A stretch of DNA of 64,000 bases from Pelomyxa schiedti (lineage: Eukaryota; Protista; Evosea). The notes beneath the pieces were generated by a model. It searched no databases. It was not told the DNA's origin and was given only the letters and a program-made list of their open reading frames with translations. Location of the stretch: NCBI GenBank assembly GCA_020536535.1, contig JAHLWZ010000858.1:6582-70581 (forward strand), in the 5' to 3' direction. Both the position numbers and the translations under genes were made by a program. This document shows positions 46,499 through 59,116 of this stretch, in pieces (position 1 is the first letter of the stretch; each line of letters starts with the position of its first letter).

Positions 46499-49400
46499 TC
46501 AAGACTTGGTTTCTCTTAGATTCGTTACGAACTGCAAACTGTCTTCTACCTTGCGCATCGTGGTTTCCGCTTTTTGTGTGGTCTCTGACAGCCATTTCAG
46601 GTCCAATTCGTTGTGCTTTGCATTGGTGATAGACAGAAAAGAGTACAAGGCTTTAGCACCATCAACTAGCTCCAGTTGGTCATCTATAATTTGGGCCTGC
46701 TCGATAGACCCTTCGTTCTTTTCCTGTTGTGTGTTTCTTCAGGGAAAAAGGATGGAGAGTAGAACCTCTAGCTTCCGGACTTCGGAATTCAGCAGATTGG
46801 ATATGTTGAAAAGAGAACTCTGTAGCTTCTGTGCGTCAGCCAGGGCCTTGGAATAGTGCCCAGCATCAGCGACTTTGTCTGCCGGAATGCAACCATGTAC
46901 TGCGGATACGCGTGAACACAGAATTTCCTTGTACTGGTGCTCAAGTTTCTCTTCTTCAGACATATTGGCGTCATCAAGTGCTTGCTTTGTGCGGCGGTAC
47001 CAATTCAAGATTTTCTCTTTAATCCATGGCTTGATTGTGACTTCAGGTGCAGGTACTGTAATCCTCGAGGCTTGTCCTTCCTGGGAAGAGTGCTCTTCCT
47101 CCTTTTTCGCTTCATGAGGCTCCTCTGTCCCGCTTCTTACCGAGATAAGCTCGACTGGTTTAGCCAGTGGCTCTGCTGTTGTCCGGGGCTGCGGACCACT
47201 TGGAATTGACTTCCTGCTGAACTGGGAAGGGTAGTAGTCAGGCTGGAGGATGGATGAAACTGATTTGTGTGGCAGCCATTCAACTAATTTAATGTAGGGA
47301 AGAAAGTATTGTGGCCTTAGCATTGGTAAACCTGTCCGCACAATTTGTATCAATGGATCATAGAGTGAACATGCAAATTCAAAAAAGATTTGGAAGAGCT
47401 CGGAGCACTGTGACATATTCAATACTCCCTGGAGGAAGTAGTAGGTACAGGGGTATTGGCACCATCGGTGAGTAAAGGAAGGAGTGCGAAGTAACTGGAT
47501 GGCTTGCATGAATAAATTACTATCATTGGGTAAATTAAAAACAGCAACAAGGAAAGCAATGAGAACATCAAGCCAGAACTGGTATGACTGTTCTTGTCTT
47601 ATCCACTTGTCTGCATCTGCACTACGCTCAATGAGTGTTCTAAAGAGGTTCATCAAGTTGGAGATAAGGTTCCCCTGCTCCGGCATTGAGATGCAGAAGA
47701 GGGGAGTAGGTCCTTGAAATTTCATCACTCTTGTGTACCACTTGTGGGGCACAAGAAACCAGGATGTGGCGCCGACAGTACACCCAATGACCATCTCTGC
47801 AAGCGACAACCACTCACGGCAATCACAAACAGGGCTGAGGAGTGTGGATCCAAGATATTGTATCATGCCGTAAACACCATAGAACCAATAATTGAAGACA
47901 TCGTAGGTATTGGCAAGAGCAAACCAGAGTAACGCATCCCCTTCTGGCACTACTGCAAGATTCCACTTACTCAGAATATCTCCAGCCTGGAGTTCAAGGG
48001 CAAGTCGGAACCCTTTGATTTGGTGTGTCGGGAGCGGGGAGCACCATAGTTCCATGGCATGAAAAATAAGCTCTTGGCGATGAGGAGGTAATATGGATGG
48101 TCTCCTTGGTGAGGCTAATAAGAAATCAACAATATCAGAGAGAATTTTATTGCGCCAAGCTATAAGACTTTGCCTCGCATTAGTCGCATACTGAGTGCAG
48201 AAGGCGTCATTATCGGTCACAGAGAAAATGGTCTGATAAATATCCCAGATCACACAAAGAGCAGTGAGTGCCTCATGAAGATTTGCCAGTGCTATAGTAT
48301 TTCCAGAATCGAAGAGGCACTTCGAAAAATCACTTAATAAATTCAGCCCTCTGTGCAAAGCAACACAAGCAGCTTGGGCAAACACAAGGTGATTTGGGAG
48401 AAAAGGTGACTGAGTCTGCAGGAAAAGTGGCAGCCAAGAGAAATCTGTGAGCTTCAAAGACCCGTCAGGGCATTGGTGCACAAGGTAGTAGTCTTGTATA
48501 TTCTTCCTGAGCTTGGACTCCTTTTCACCATAGACTGGAACAAGACGGTGCCACTGATGAGCTGATTGTATAAACTCAGCCATATGTGAACCCCATTTTT
48601 TAAGGATCTGTATTCTTTCGTCAAATGAAATTCCTTGGCAGCACTGTTTAAGTGCAGTAGAGATAGAAAGGTCAGATAGAAGTTTTTGCAGCAGAAAATT
48701 CTCCGGAAACTCTTCATTTACTTGCTTTTCAAAATCCAAGGTGATTGGTAACATGTCTAGGTGGGCAAGTCGTACTTTTAGTTCACAAGCAAATGCTCTA
48801 TTCGAGGTTTTTAAAGTCAAGTTATATGCTTCATGAAGCAAGGTTTTCTTGCATTCCTGGTCACTGTACGAAGCGTAGAAAAGACATCTGGACCCTCTTT
48901 CAACCAACATCTGCTTCTCAGAGGAGCTAACTTTTTCAGCGGCTCGAATGAAGAGTTTACCAGCCTCTTCATACTTAAATTCCCGTGCGAGGATCTCTGC
49001 AGCTTGAACATATTTTCCTTGACGCAGGTACTCTTCAATGATCAGGTCAAAAAAGTTGTAGCGTTTTAGAAATTGGAGTCTTTCTGTAGCTGAGAGTAAC
49101 ATAAGTGCCATTGTCATGTCTTCCATGGACCGTGTTGTTTTAAATACCAATGCCGAATTTCTTACAAATCTCTGGTATTCTTCCCGTTGCACTAAAGCAG
49201 GGGTGCTATTCAACACATCAAAGGCTTTCTTCCTCAAGATATCAATGTGCTCTTTCCTCACATGTTGTACAGAAGCCTTTGAACAAAAGAAAATAGCGAT
49301 GTCCATAGCTTCTTCCATGCTTTTACTTTTCTGCATGTCAAAAGCTAAATCAGGCCTACTTGCAGAGATAAGACAATTCACTGCACTTTGTGTGTCATTG

Positions 49401-52400
49401 ATTGCTTGGTAAACTTCTGCAGCTTCAAGGTATTCCTCAGCAAATTCCAGGCACTTTGCTTGTCCTTGTTGATCACCATCTAACTGGCAACTCTGTGAAG
49501 CCAAGAGAAACTTTTCTTTGCGCACTGTTGCATTTCCACTTGACTTGCCCTCCTTTACCAGCTTCATAGAAATAGCTTTCTCTTCGCCACAAACGTCCCC
49601 AGCAAAATGAAAGCAGGAAGCAGCTTCAGCGTACATCCCCTTCATCATCATTTGGAACCCAGTGCACTTCCATACCTCTGGTGAAGTGTGGGACTCACGA
49701 GTTAGTTCATACATTTGGTCTGGAGTCAGGGTATCCTGCAAGGAAATGACCCCTTTTTGTGCCAAGTAATCTGTAAATTTACGTTGCTCTCCAAGAAAAT
49801 CGTCCACTATGACTAGTAGCTTCCGTGTTCTTGTAACTGCAGTGTACAAATGCTTAAGTTCTGAACAGAGGATGAGGAGTTGATCCTCCAGAATTGTGGG
49901 TTTTTCTTCCTTTTTCAGAAGGTTTACAAAGGCTCCCCACTGGTGTAGTGCAATTGAGTCGTGCCAAAAATTCACAAGTAGCACGTGATTGAACTCTAAC
50001 CCTTTTGCCTCCTGTATTGTCATCACTAGGCCTGATTCCATTTGCTCCAATATTTTCTTTTTGGCTTCTTGGTTACGCACCAGCATAACTTGTCCAGCAC
50101 CAAAGGATATGTGAGGAACTTTACGGTCAAACCGAAATAGCTGGGACAAAGTTCCAGAGGCTATTCCACCTTGCAAAAATATTGGTTTAGGGTTTCCAGA
50201 GCCCGGTGCACTTTCAGGGGGCAGCTTATCCATGGAATGTGGAAAAAATTGTATGATTGTCTCAGTGATTACATTGGCCAAATTGCATATTCCAGCATGA
50301 GTCCGGTAATTTCGGGTCAGAAACAACAACTGTGGTACCTCCCGGGGGTTCTTGCCAACTAGAATCTCATAGAATATATCTTTGGCCTAGGAGGTACCAC
50401 TAAGCACACGAGGAAGGTTTTAAAGACATACAGTTTCAAAACGGAAATTAACGCCTTGATTTATAATCTGGGCTGTGTCTCCAACCAAAGCATATCCACT
50501 GGGCTGTGGACAAATGAATTTAAGCAGTGCGAGTTGGGCCATGTTACAGTCTTGGACTTCGTCAACATAGACAAAGTCCAAAGGTAGGAGGTCAGTTGGA
50601 TTCAGTTGCAGTTGATGATAAACGTGTAAGGTGAAGTCAGCCATATCCCAACCATTTTGCAGTCGCTTTTCCTTTTCATATTTTAGGAATAATTCATAAA
50701 CTTTTCTCGGGTCTTTGATTATGGCAGTTCTTCTTGTGCAAATTTCACAGTATTGCTCTAGTGTCAGACACTTTTTTGTGGGTAAAATAGCTAGAACATT
50801 TCCCTTGATAGTACTTTGAATTTCGATCCACACAATAGCCTGAAAAATGGAGGTTAGAACGACCGCCATGAAACTTAATAAGTACCGAATCAAGGCCTGC
50901 AGTAAGATTCTGGTCAAGGTGTACCCAGTATTCCTGTGAAAATCGAGTGAAGTCTACTTCTTGTAGTTCAAATTTTCTTGTGCTAGCAGTTTTGGCTGCC
51001 ATGTACACTTGAGGGGGACATGGTGTCAGATCAGTAGATTCTGTTTTAAGCAGCGCAACAACGGACTGGTCTGCAACGTAGTTCGGCATAGTTTCGGCTT
51101 GTTTCTTGTTTGGCTGTAGAAGCTCCAAAAGTGGGGCTCCAATTTCATCGTGCCATAAACGTGTATCTTTGTCAAGAGAGGAACGGAAGGGCCTCTGCAA
51201 AGCAGCATCTATCATGGTAAGAAGTTTTCTGTGAGTGATGAAGAGCGGGAAATGGGAATCTCTTAATTCTTGGATAGATTCAGGAAGTGTGGAAAGAGAT
51301 ATTCCTTTCTCAAGCTCTTCAAATGAGATGTCCTGGATGACGGCATATTGGTGCATAGTTTTCGTTGTGCCATGTTTAGATAAGAGAGATTGAAGCTCGT
51401 TTTGAGCAAGAGCACAGAGCGAGGGTGAAACTGAAACAAAAATTTGTCTGGGGTGCATTGCTGGTGATTGTAGTTCACGCAGGAGCATTCTGTACAGAAG
51501 AACTGTTGTTTTACCAGTACCTGAGCGACCACACACCACAATTGGACCATCGCGTGAAACGAGTTCGCGCTCCTTTACACTGAGGGACATCGGCAAGGTA
51601 TGAAAAGTACCCTCCAGAACGGAGGCAATAAACTGTGGATCCACTTTGAAGTACTTACTGCAGAAAACGTCTCTTAGGGTGGAGTCCATATCTTTTAGTG
51701 GTGCATCAAGCCGTAAAGGATGCTTTCGATACTCATTTTGCTCCAAGGTAATTTGGTTTGCATCCCAGCACTGAGGGAACATATTCAATTTCTGAGATCC
51801 TTCAGAAGGCACTTGGTAAGGAGGAGTTTTCCGTAGTTTCAGACGTAGGCCTGATCTTCTTCCGTCATCTAATATCGTCGCTTGGAGACTGACAATAGCC
51901 TTTTCCACAGAATCTTGGCTTACAAGTCCAAAAACAGATATTATTTGCCACGCACCGTCCGACTCACTGACCTCAATATCAATACACCATATGAGTACCT
52001 TCCCACATGTATGTGATAGGTGAATAATGGAGTTCAGCTGCAGAGGTCGGATACTGCTGGGAAGGGTCACTGGGTGTTTTGGCCACCTCCCCTGACATAG
52101 TTGCACAAGATGTAAGCCAACTATTGTTCTTTGTACTGCATCAAGTTTTCTTAAGTCTTGATAGAACTGATCACGAGCATGCATTCTAATAGGATGTAAG
52201 CAAGAGGGGGAATGAGGTTACAGACTTACAGCCAAGGGCCTCCAAAGTTCTTTAGGTCAGCTGGAGACAGATACCCTAAAGCAACACGAAGTTGCATAGG
52301 AATAGGAAAACTTCTGACATCGATATAGGCATCATGGTTTCTTGCAAACACAATATATTCATTCCAAATAGGGTGCTGCCGGAGAGAGCAGGCATTTCCT

Positions 52401-55400
52401 ACAACCCATAAAGCAAGCCTTGCCCGAGTTAGTACAACATTCAGTCTTCTCCAGTCTTTCAGGAAGCCCATATAATCACAGACATTGCTCCGAACAGTAC
52501 TGACGATAACAATATCTTTCTCCCGTCCTTTATAGCCATCAAATGTGGTGACTTCGATGTGGTGGCCCACTCCATGGAGCAACTGTTTCAAGGCTCCACA
52601 CTGTTCAGAGTAAGGGGTGATTACTGCCAGGCTCACTTGTTCCTTTGTATGCTGCTTGAAAAATAGTTTTGCGAGGTACTTGATGAAGTGAGACTCGTAA
52701 CTATTTGAGAATGATTGACTGGTCGAATTGTAACTTTCGGCTCCATCCACATGGAAGAATTTTAGTGGCCCAAACATCGTGTCACTGTGCCAGGGTCTAC
52801 TTCTCTCTGACTGACAGTTAGGAGCATCCTCAATTTTGTTTTGATAGAATTGTCTGCGCTTTGATTAATAAATAAAAAAATAAAGTGTTACGCACTCAGA
52901 GACAAAGGCACTGATTAAAGGATGCATTCTGTACTGGATACTGAGTGAATGGTAATGATGACCTGCGTCCACCATTCTTTCTATCATAGACCGACCATAA
53001 TTCACTCCTCTGCATAACGGAAGGGGATTTTGTTTAGGAAAAAATGTAACATGTTTGCTTACTTCGCCAATTCACTCCCGATAGGCGTTGGTAACTGGTT
53101 CCAATCACCCAGAAGAATTAATCGCCTGGCACCAAAACGTAGTATGGGGAGCATGATTTCCGGTTCCAAACTTTGATCACACTCATCAATAATTATAGTG
53201 CCAAAAGTACGAGAGGCGAGCTTGTCCAAGGAATCCGTACTATTCAGGGGGCTCAGAATGAGTTGTGAACTCAATAGCTCCTCTCTGATTTCAAGCATTA
53301 TATTTTTTGATTGAATGTCTTGCAACTGGAGTGAACATTCACGTAGAACCTCGGAAGCAGTGTTTTTGTCACCTGTCAAGCTTCCCCTAACAAACTGCAA
53401 TTTTTGCATCTGTGTTAACCAATTGTAAAGTGTCCCCTTGAAGTGCCTCTTGAATTTGATGTAAGTTTTTTCACATCCCTTTAAAATTGAAGAGGCACTA
53501 ATAAGGTGTGGATGCACAGAATCTATGGGAGCTTTGATCTTCAACAAAAAAAGGAGATCTGCACATGCCAAGCACAGGTTTTTGAAGAAACCACATAAAA
53601 CTCTGATGACGTTCCCAAGTAAAACAGTTCCTACAACACTGTCCAGGTCTTTCCCTTCTTCATAGTCAACCAGTACCATAGAAATATCATCACCAATAAT
53701 AGGACTACAGTTGTTCAGTATGTTAACTGCGATGTCCTCTAAAGCAATGCAAGATGGAGAGCACAGAACAACTCTTTCATTCCGTGAAAGGAGCACTGAA
53801 AGTAATCCAAAAATGAGTGTTGTCTTGCCAGCTCCTGGGGAACCTGAGAGCTGTTAGACCACTCAAATTTGCCAAGAATACCATGAATAATGGCAACAGG
53901 GTCACTACTTGTGGCATAGTTGATTGCCTTTATTTGAGACAGACTGAATTTGGAGATCAAATAGCCGGAAAGTGCACTGTCTAACATGCGTTCGTTTGGG
54001 TTACTACCAACAACATTCTTGTACAATGAGGGTCGGAGAATGTGGGCAAGAATTGGGTCTTCAAGTGCAGTAAAGTCATGGGAATACATAGCCAACAGTA
54101 CTTCAAATATCCCCCTAAAACGTGAAAGACTTGCTACTCGTGCTACCTGCCACATCTGAGGAAATGTCCCACAATCTTGGGCTGGTGAGCTTCAGGGTAA
54201 AAAGAAAAGATTCACACCAAGGAAAGCACGCATGTCGGGTGCCGCAAACATAATTTCGTAGTGTTCTATTTGATCTCTCTTCTCCATATTGACTGGGATG
54301 CGCTCAACGATGCCACACAATCTTAGACTTGGGCGATTCGAATTGCCAATGAGAACAAAGTCAGATAGATGTAAATCACAATTCCCCTCCAAAGTCAAAA
54401 TATGAAAAGGGCTAGATCCTTGCACACCCATCACTTTTACACTACACCATTTTTGGGGATGCTTTACAGCATTGCTCTGGAGAGAACCAAGTTAAAATAA
54501 GGAGAACAAGGATTGTGACACACAAGGACAGTTCGATATTCTTCAGCAAAAGGCCAAAACCACTGAGAGGAATATATTTCAACACTGGGGAACTCAAGGG
54601 CTAGAGGCACAATTTTGTTGAGGAACTGTTTGCTGTTTTGTTACATTAGGGTATCACCAGAATTGAGTTATGTACGTGTCCTCTAGATTCAGAGACAGCA
54701 TCCAATGCAATGAGGAGCATTGAGGGGGAACATAACAGGCAAAGTTCGAGTGACAAACACGTATAGAAGCAGAATCCTTCAGCTATTGAGATTACGTCAC
54801 TGTTCTGCAGAACACAGGTACCAAATGGGTAGGTTGAAGAAGTGAGTCGATAAATCTCTCAGTAACTGGCACTACAATGGCTGGAGCGTGGGGGATATCT
54901 GCTAGCTTGTAGCAATACCTGTAAGTGTGCTCTTTTGAGAGAAGCTAATACAGTTCGGGAGACACACAGTCGGCGGTTGTCTAAGCTGTACCACTGACCC
55001 TTGAATTCAGTTACCCGAATAGGGGGGACTTTGTAGATATAAGATGGGTTACATCTAGATTTAAAAAGAGATAAATAGGTGGAGGCTGTAAAACGAGTAG
55101 ACGACCTGAGAGTACAAATCAAGGACTCCAAAGACGACTTATCATTGAAAGTGCTGAAGATGGATGAACGTGTAAAAGCTATCCTAGACACAACTGCGCG
55201 GAGTGTGGGAACCGCAGTGGGCCACGTAGTCACAGGGAGCCTATTTTTTCACACAGTTATTTCTGCTTGTATTTCGAGGGGGAAAAAAGGGGGAAAAAAA
55301 AAAAAAAAGCAAACTCAGGACAAGGAGGGTCTTCAGCAGGTCTAGCAGTGACATATTCCGGGCGAGATGGAGCGTCGAGAGGAATGGCTGCAGCTGGCTG

Positions 55401-55923
55401 CCGTGGCGGGAGCTCCATGGCGGGATTTCCATCCGCTGGCAGTAATCGAGGTGCACGCCCAGCTCCCGCTCGTCGTTGCCCACCGCCGCCGCCGCCGTCG
55501 CCGCCGCCGCAGCCCCTCGTACTGTGCGGGGCCGAGGGGGGCTTGACCGTGAGCACATAGTATTCGCCAGGCGGAGGCGGCCGCGGCGCCCCAGCACCGG
55601 CTCCCCCCTCCTTGCGCAAAGTGCTCCCTCGGTGGTGTGTGGCCGCCCTGGTGGCAGTGGCAGTTAGTTACAGTTGTAGTAGAGGTACTGCGGCCCGGCA
55701 TGCCGGGAGACGCAGTAGGGCGCACGGCGCTTTGTGGCTGCGCAGCGGGGAGGACATGAGTTTGAGGTGCGGTAGTAGTAGCAGGGGCTGATGGCAAGGG
55801 CGGCGCGGTTCCGCGCGGTGGCGCTGTTGGTGCAGGCGCAGAATGGGGGGTGGGATTGAGGCCAGAAGAAACTAAGTTGGGAGGGTCGGGTTCGCACGTG
55901 AGCTTGCGATTGAGAGAACCCAT
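46499..55923 (-). CDS. Giant TRANK1-like dual helicase: ParB-like domain + Sen1/Upf1-type SF1B helicase + RelE-like domain + UvrD-type SF1A helicase + TPR-like repeats; 5' end uncertain (ATG 55418 or 55923)
   Basis: ParB-like RIAFTR..PPIRV..WYSLDNRRL. SF1B IHG|SPGAGKTT, IIIDECDQ, GDWNQLP, QYRMHP, DGYKGREKD, RRLNVVLTRAR. UvrD GRSGTGKTT, VDEVQD, GDTAQ, LTRNYRTH, EAKGLEF, LYTAVTRTR. TPR-like AAEVY/AGKLF repeats. Confidence 0.9.
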
Positions 55924-56045
55924 GGTGTGGAGTGCAGTAATTTGTTTCAGTGTGGATGAGTCATGTCTCGGTTTTGCCAGATGAACCCGAAAAACAAATG
56001 ATCACCTCATTTTTCTCTGAAACACCGTTTCTTTGGATCATTGGG

Positions 56046-56531
56046 ATGCGGGAACAGCCAGGATCTCGGCCCCTGTTGTTGTGGGCAATGCCAATTATTG
56101 TCATTGCATGTGGGATGGTGTGCTTGGTGCTTGCTGTCGGTACATTCTTTCTTTTTTTCGTTTCTTGTGCATATGCACGTCCCACAAGTGGGGTTTGTGA
56201 TTTTTTTTTTTTTTTTTTTGATTTATTCAAAGTTGGTTAGTGAAGCACAAGGGCTACCTTCGTGACTTTTTGTCGACTGAAGGAGTCATTGTTTCTATTC
56301 TGATGGCTGAATTTATGGTGGCCGTTCTGGCCCTCGTTGTGTTCCTACATTACCGTTCGAGGTATTTCACGAATCCTATCTTTTTTATTTCCTACTTCCC
56401 ATTATCCTAAACTACACCGAATATCCACTAACATAACATATTCCGCCACACAAAGCACCAGAAGCAAGCAGCCACAGCCTCCTATTTCTGCCAAGCCTGT
56501 CAAGAAGACCAAGCCCTCCCACGCTGAATGA
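56046..56531 (+). CDS. Small two-TM membrane protein (about 95 aa, 3 exons)
   Basis: In-phase GT-AG splicing gives MREQPGSRPLLLWAMPIIVIACGMVCLVLAV|VKHKGYLRDFLSTEGVIVSILMAEFMVAVLALVVFLHYRS|STRSKQPQPPISAKPVKKTKPSHAE. Confidence 0.5.
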
Positions 56532-56669
56532 AACCGCAACAAATTACTTATACAAGTACTACACGGCAATTTGTGGATCCCAAATTTTTTGACCCACCTC
56601 TAAACAAACAGGGTTTGTTCCCATACCACAAAAGCAAATATTTACAGAATCACAAAACTTTTTTTTTTT

Positions 56670-58954
56670 TTACACGCTGGAGTAAGACGAAACGAGAGGT
56701 GTGTATTCACATATTGCTTGTATTGTAAATCTGTTAGTGAGGCATAAATAGGAATCACAAGTGCCTGTTGTAATGGCGTTGAACCAGGAATCTCTGTCAG
56801 GCAATGTAGAAAAAATCAGTGTTGCTTGCCACAGTGGCGTTATGGATTGATCTCTGTGGAGTGCATAAATTACAAGATTCAAATGGGTGAAGTACTTGGA
56901 ATAGTAGCCTTCAAGCCATATGCAGTGCTTGTCCAGAGGTATGCCGTTACTTTCTTTTGTGGTATCAGCCACTGTAAGTACGGCAAGACAGTTCAGAGGG
57001 GTCAATGACTTCATAACAAGTTTGGAACTCCAAACAGATCCTTGTGCACGCAATAGAACGTCATTGAAGAGAAGGTACTGCACCTCCTAAAAAAAAAACC
57101 CATTACGAAGATTGGACGAAAAGAAACGCATACCTGGGTATTTCCAGCAATCATTCCATAAAGAATTCCACAAGGTACATGCTCAGTAAGGGTGCCGTAC
57201 CTAGCATTCGCTTATTCCCCGTCTCGTGTAAAGTTAACCTCACTTGGTCAATCGTCGGGACGGAATAACTAAGTCTATTGGGGCTCCATTCTGTGCGGCG
57301 GGAAGGAAACTTAGAGAATGAGACGAGGAATATATGAACACAACTTACCTCATCTGTTACATCAGCATGCAGCTTCCATAATGTCAACTGATTATCCTAA
57401 TTACCAGCAAAATAAGACAATAATCTACCCAACATACACACTTGTTTTCGAGCAAACTCATTTATGGATTCCACAATGGTAGATATTTTTGCATGTGCTT
57501 GTAGAAGCAGTGGGTAGTCACCATTATCGGTCGGGGAGTGCTTGATAATCTCTTTCAGTAGTAGAGGATATTGACAGAGTCGCTGAAGAGGTTTGATTAA
57601 GAATGACAGTAGATCCAGCCTACGCATCTCAGGTCGTCTTGAGAGGTCCTTGTCCCTGTGAGTTGGAAACAACCAATCTGGTATACCTGGTAAAACTTTT
57701 CAAATTGCTTATTTGTCTTAAGCAAGGTATTTATAGTGTCTGATTGTCTCTTGTTGTTGATAAGAAGACAGCACCACTGAGAAGGAAAAACCTGTTGATT
57801 TGCAAGATATACCGAATAGAGTTTAAGATATTGGCACATTTTTACAAAGCATTCACCAATACTAGTGTCATACAATTCACTAAAAACAGTCAACCATCAC
57901 GGTTACTCAGTGTTTTCATATACCCCAGTAAAACCTTATGAAATCCGTATATGGTCTCTAAATTACAAAATATTTCGTAGATTTGTGATTGGGTGAGTAT
58001 TTCTTGACTTCGAATTGGAGGGATTACTGTCTTTTATGAAGTAAGTGTACATGATGGTGTCAATTGAAAGTACATGCACAACAATCCCAAGGTCATATAC
58101 ATATGCAGCTTCCGTGTTAGTTAGCTCAAGTACACTTTTTTCCCGCAAAACTGGATCTGGATGTGATTCAACAGGCGGAGTAATATGTTCTTGTTCCTGT
58201 GGTTTTGACTAGATAAAAGTAAGATGGAAAATGTTTGTTTCACGAGTAACAGAATGACCAACATGAATGAGGTGAACAGTTGATTTCTCTGGTGGCTGAA
58301 TTGCAGAAGGAACACCTGGAGGTCTTGTTCCAACAAAGCTTCTGCAGGTAAAAATGGAGTTACCAAAACTTGGGGAATGGAAAAGAAGAGTGGCACTCAC
58401 AATAACAGTGACGAAATCCTCGATCCACAATCAAAGTCTTTGGTACAACATTACACCTCCCAAACAATGTACATTTGGTGTAAACCTGGATTTGTTGCAC
58501 ATGACTCTGAATCAGTGCCCCTTGGTGACTTGATTTCAGTAGACTGAGACCTTTCCGCTGCGCCTTTCGCAGAACGCGCGATTCCCTCGTCGTTCGTCGC
58601 AGAGGCGTTAGTTTCTTGAGGACGAGCGCCGCGGGTGACGGTTCCACAGTCCTCGGGTTGGCAATTTTTGCGCGGCTCGGAATTGGCCGGCGTGGCAGCA
58701 TCGGATGTGATGGCCCGGATTTCGCGATTATGGTTCGTCGCCACCTGATATTCCTTGGGCGTGGTTTTGGTTTCGGCGGCGTCGGCGTCGGCCTTGCCGC
58801 CGTCGAAGTCGTCCTCGTCCTCGTCCGGAATTAAGATCCAGGAAGAGTCGTCGTGCAAGTCGTCCGTTAATCTCTTGGACTCTTCGAGGACTGCGAGGGC
58901 ACGGGTGATAAGCTCGCTGCGGGGCGTTTGATCCGGCGTCGCGCTTCTCATCAT
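56670..58954 (-). CDS. Dbl-family RhoGEF (DH-PH), multi-exon
   Basis: REKSVLELTNTEAAYVYDL, LKLYSVYLANQ, LDLLSFLIKPLQRLCQYPLLLKEIIKHS, INE, PH YLLFNDVLL...RDSWFNAI. Confidence 0.9.
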
Positions 58955-59116
58955 CACAAAAAACTTCAAAATGTAATTACGGGTGATGTCTCAGATTCTG
59001 CTGACCCGCACTGCAGAGGGTTACTCTCTTGGCTTGTCCTGAGGACGTGTGTTGTTCACACAAACGGCAGGAACTTTCTGATGAAAATTTCGTTTGCAGA
59101 AGAACCAACACAAAAA

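Noticed and set aside
55241-55597. Alternative reading frame for the helicase 5' exon (…NDERELGVHLDYCQRM…)
   Set aside because: Splicing from this frame hits a stop. Only the PEYVTARPAEDPPCPE frame joins the ParB exon.
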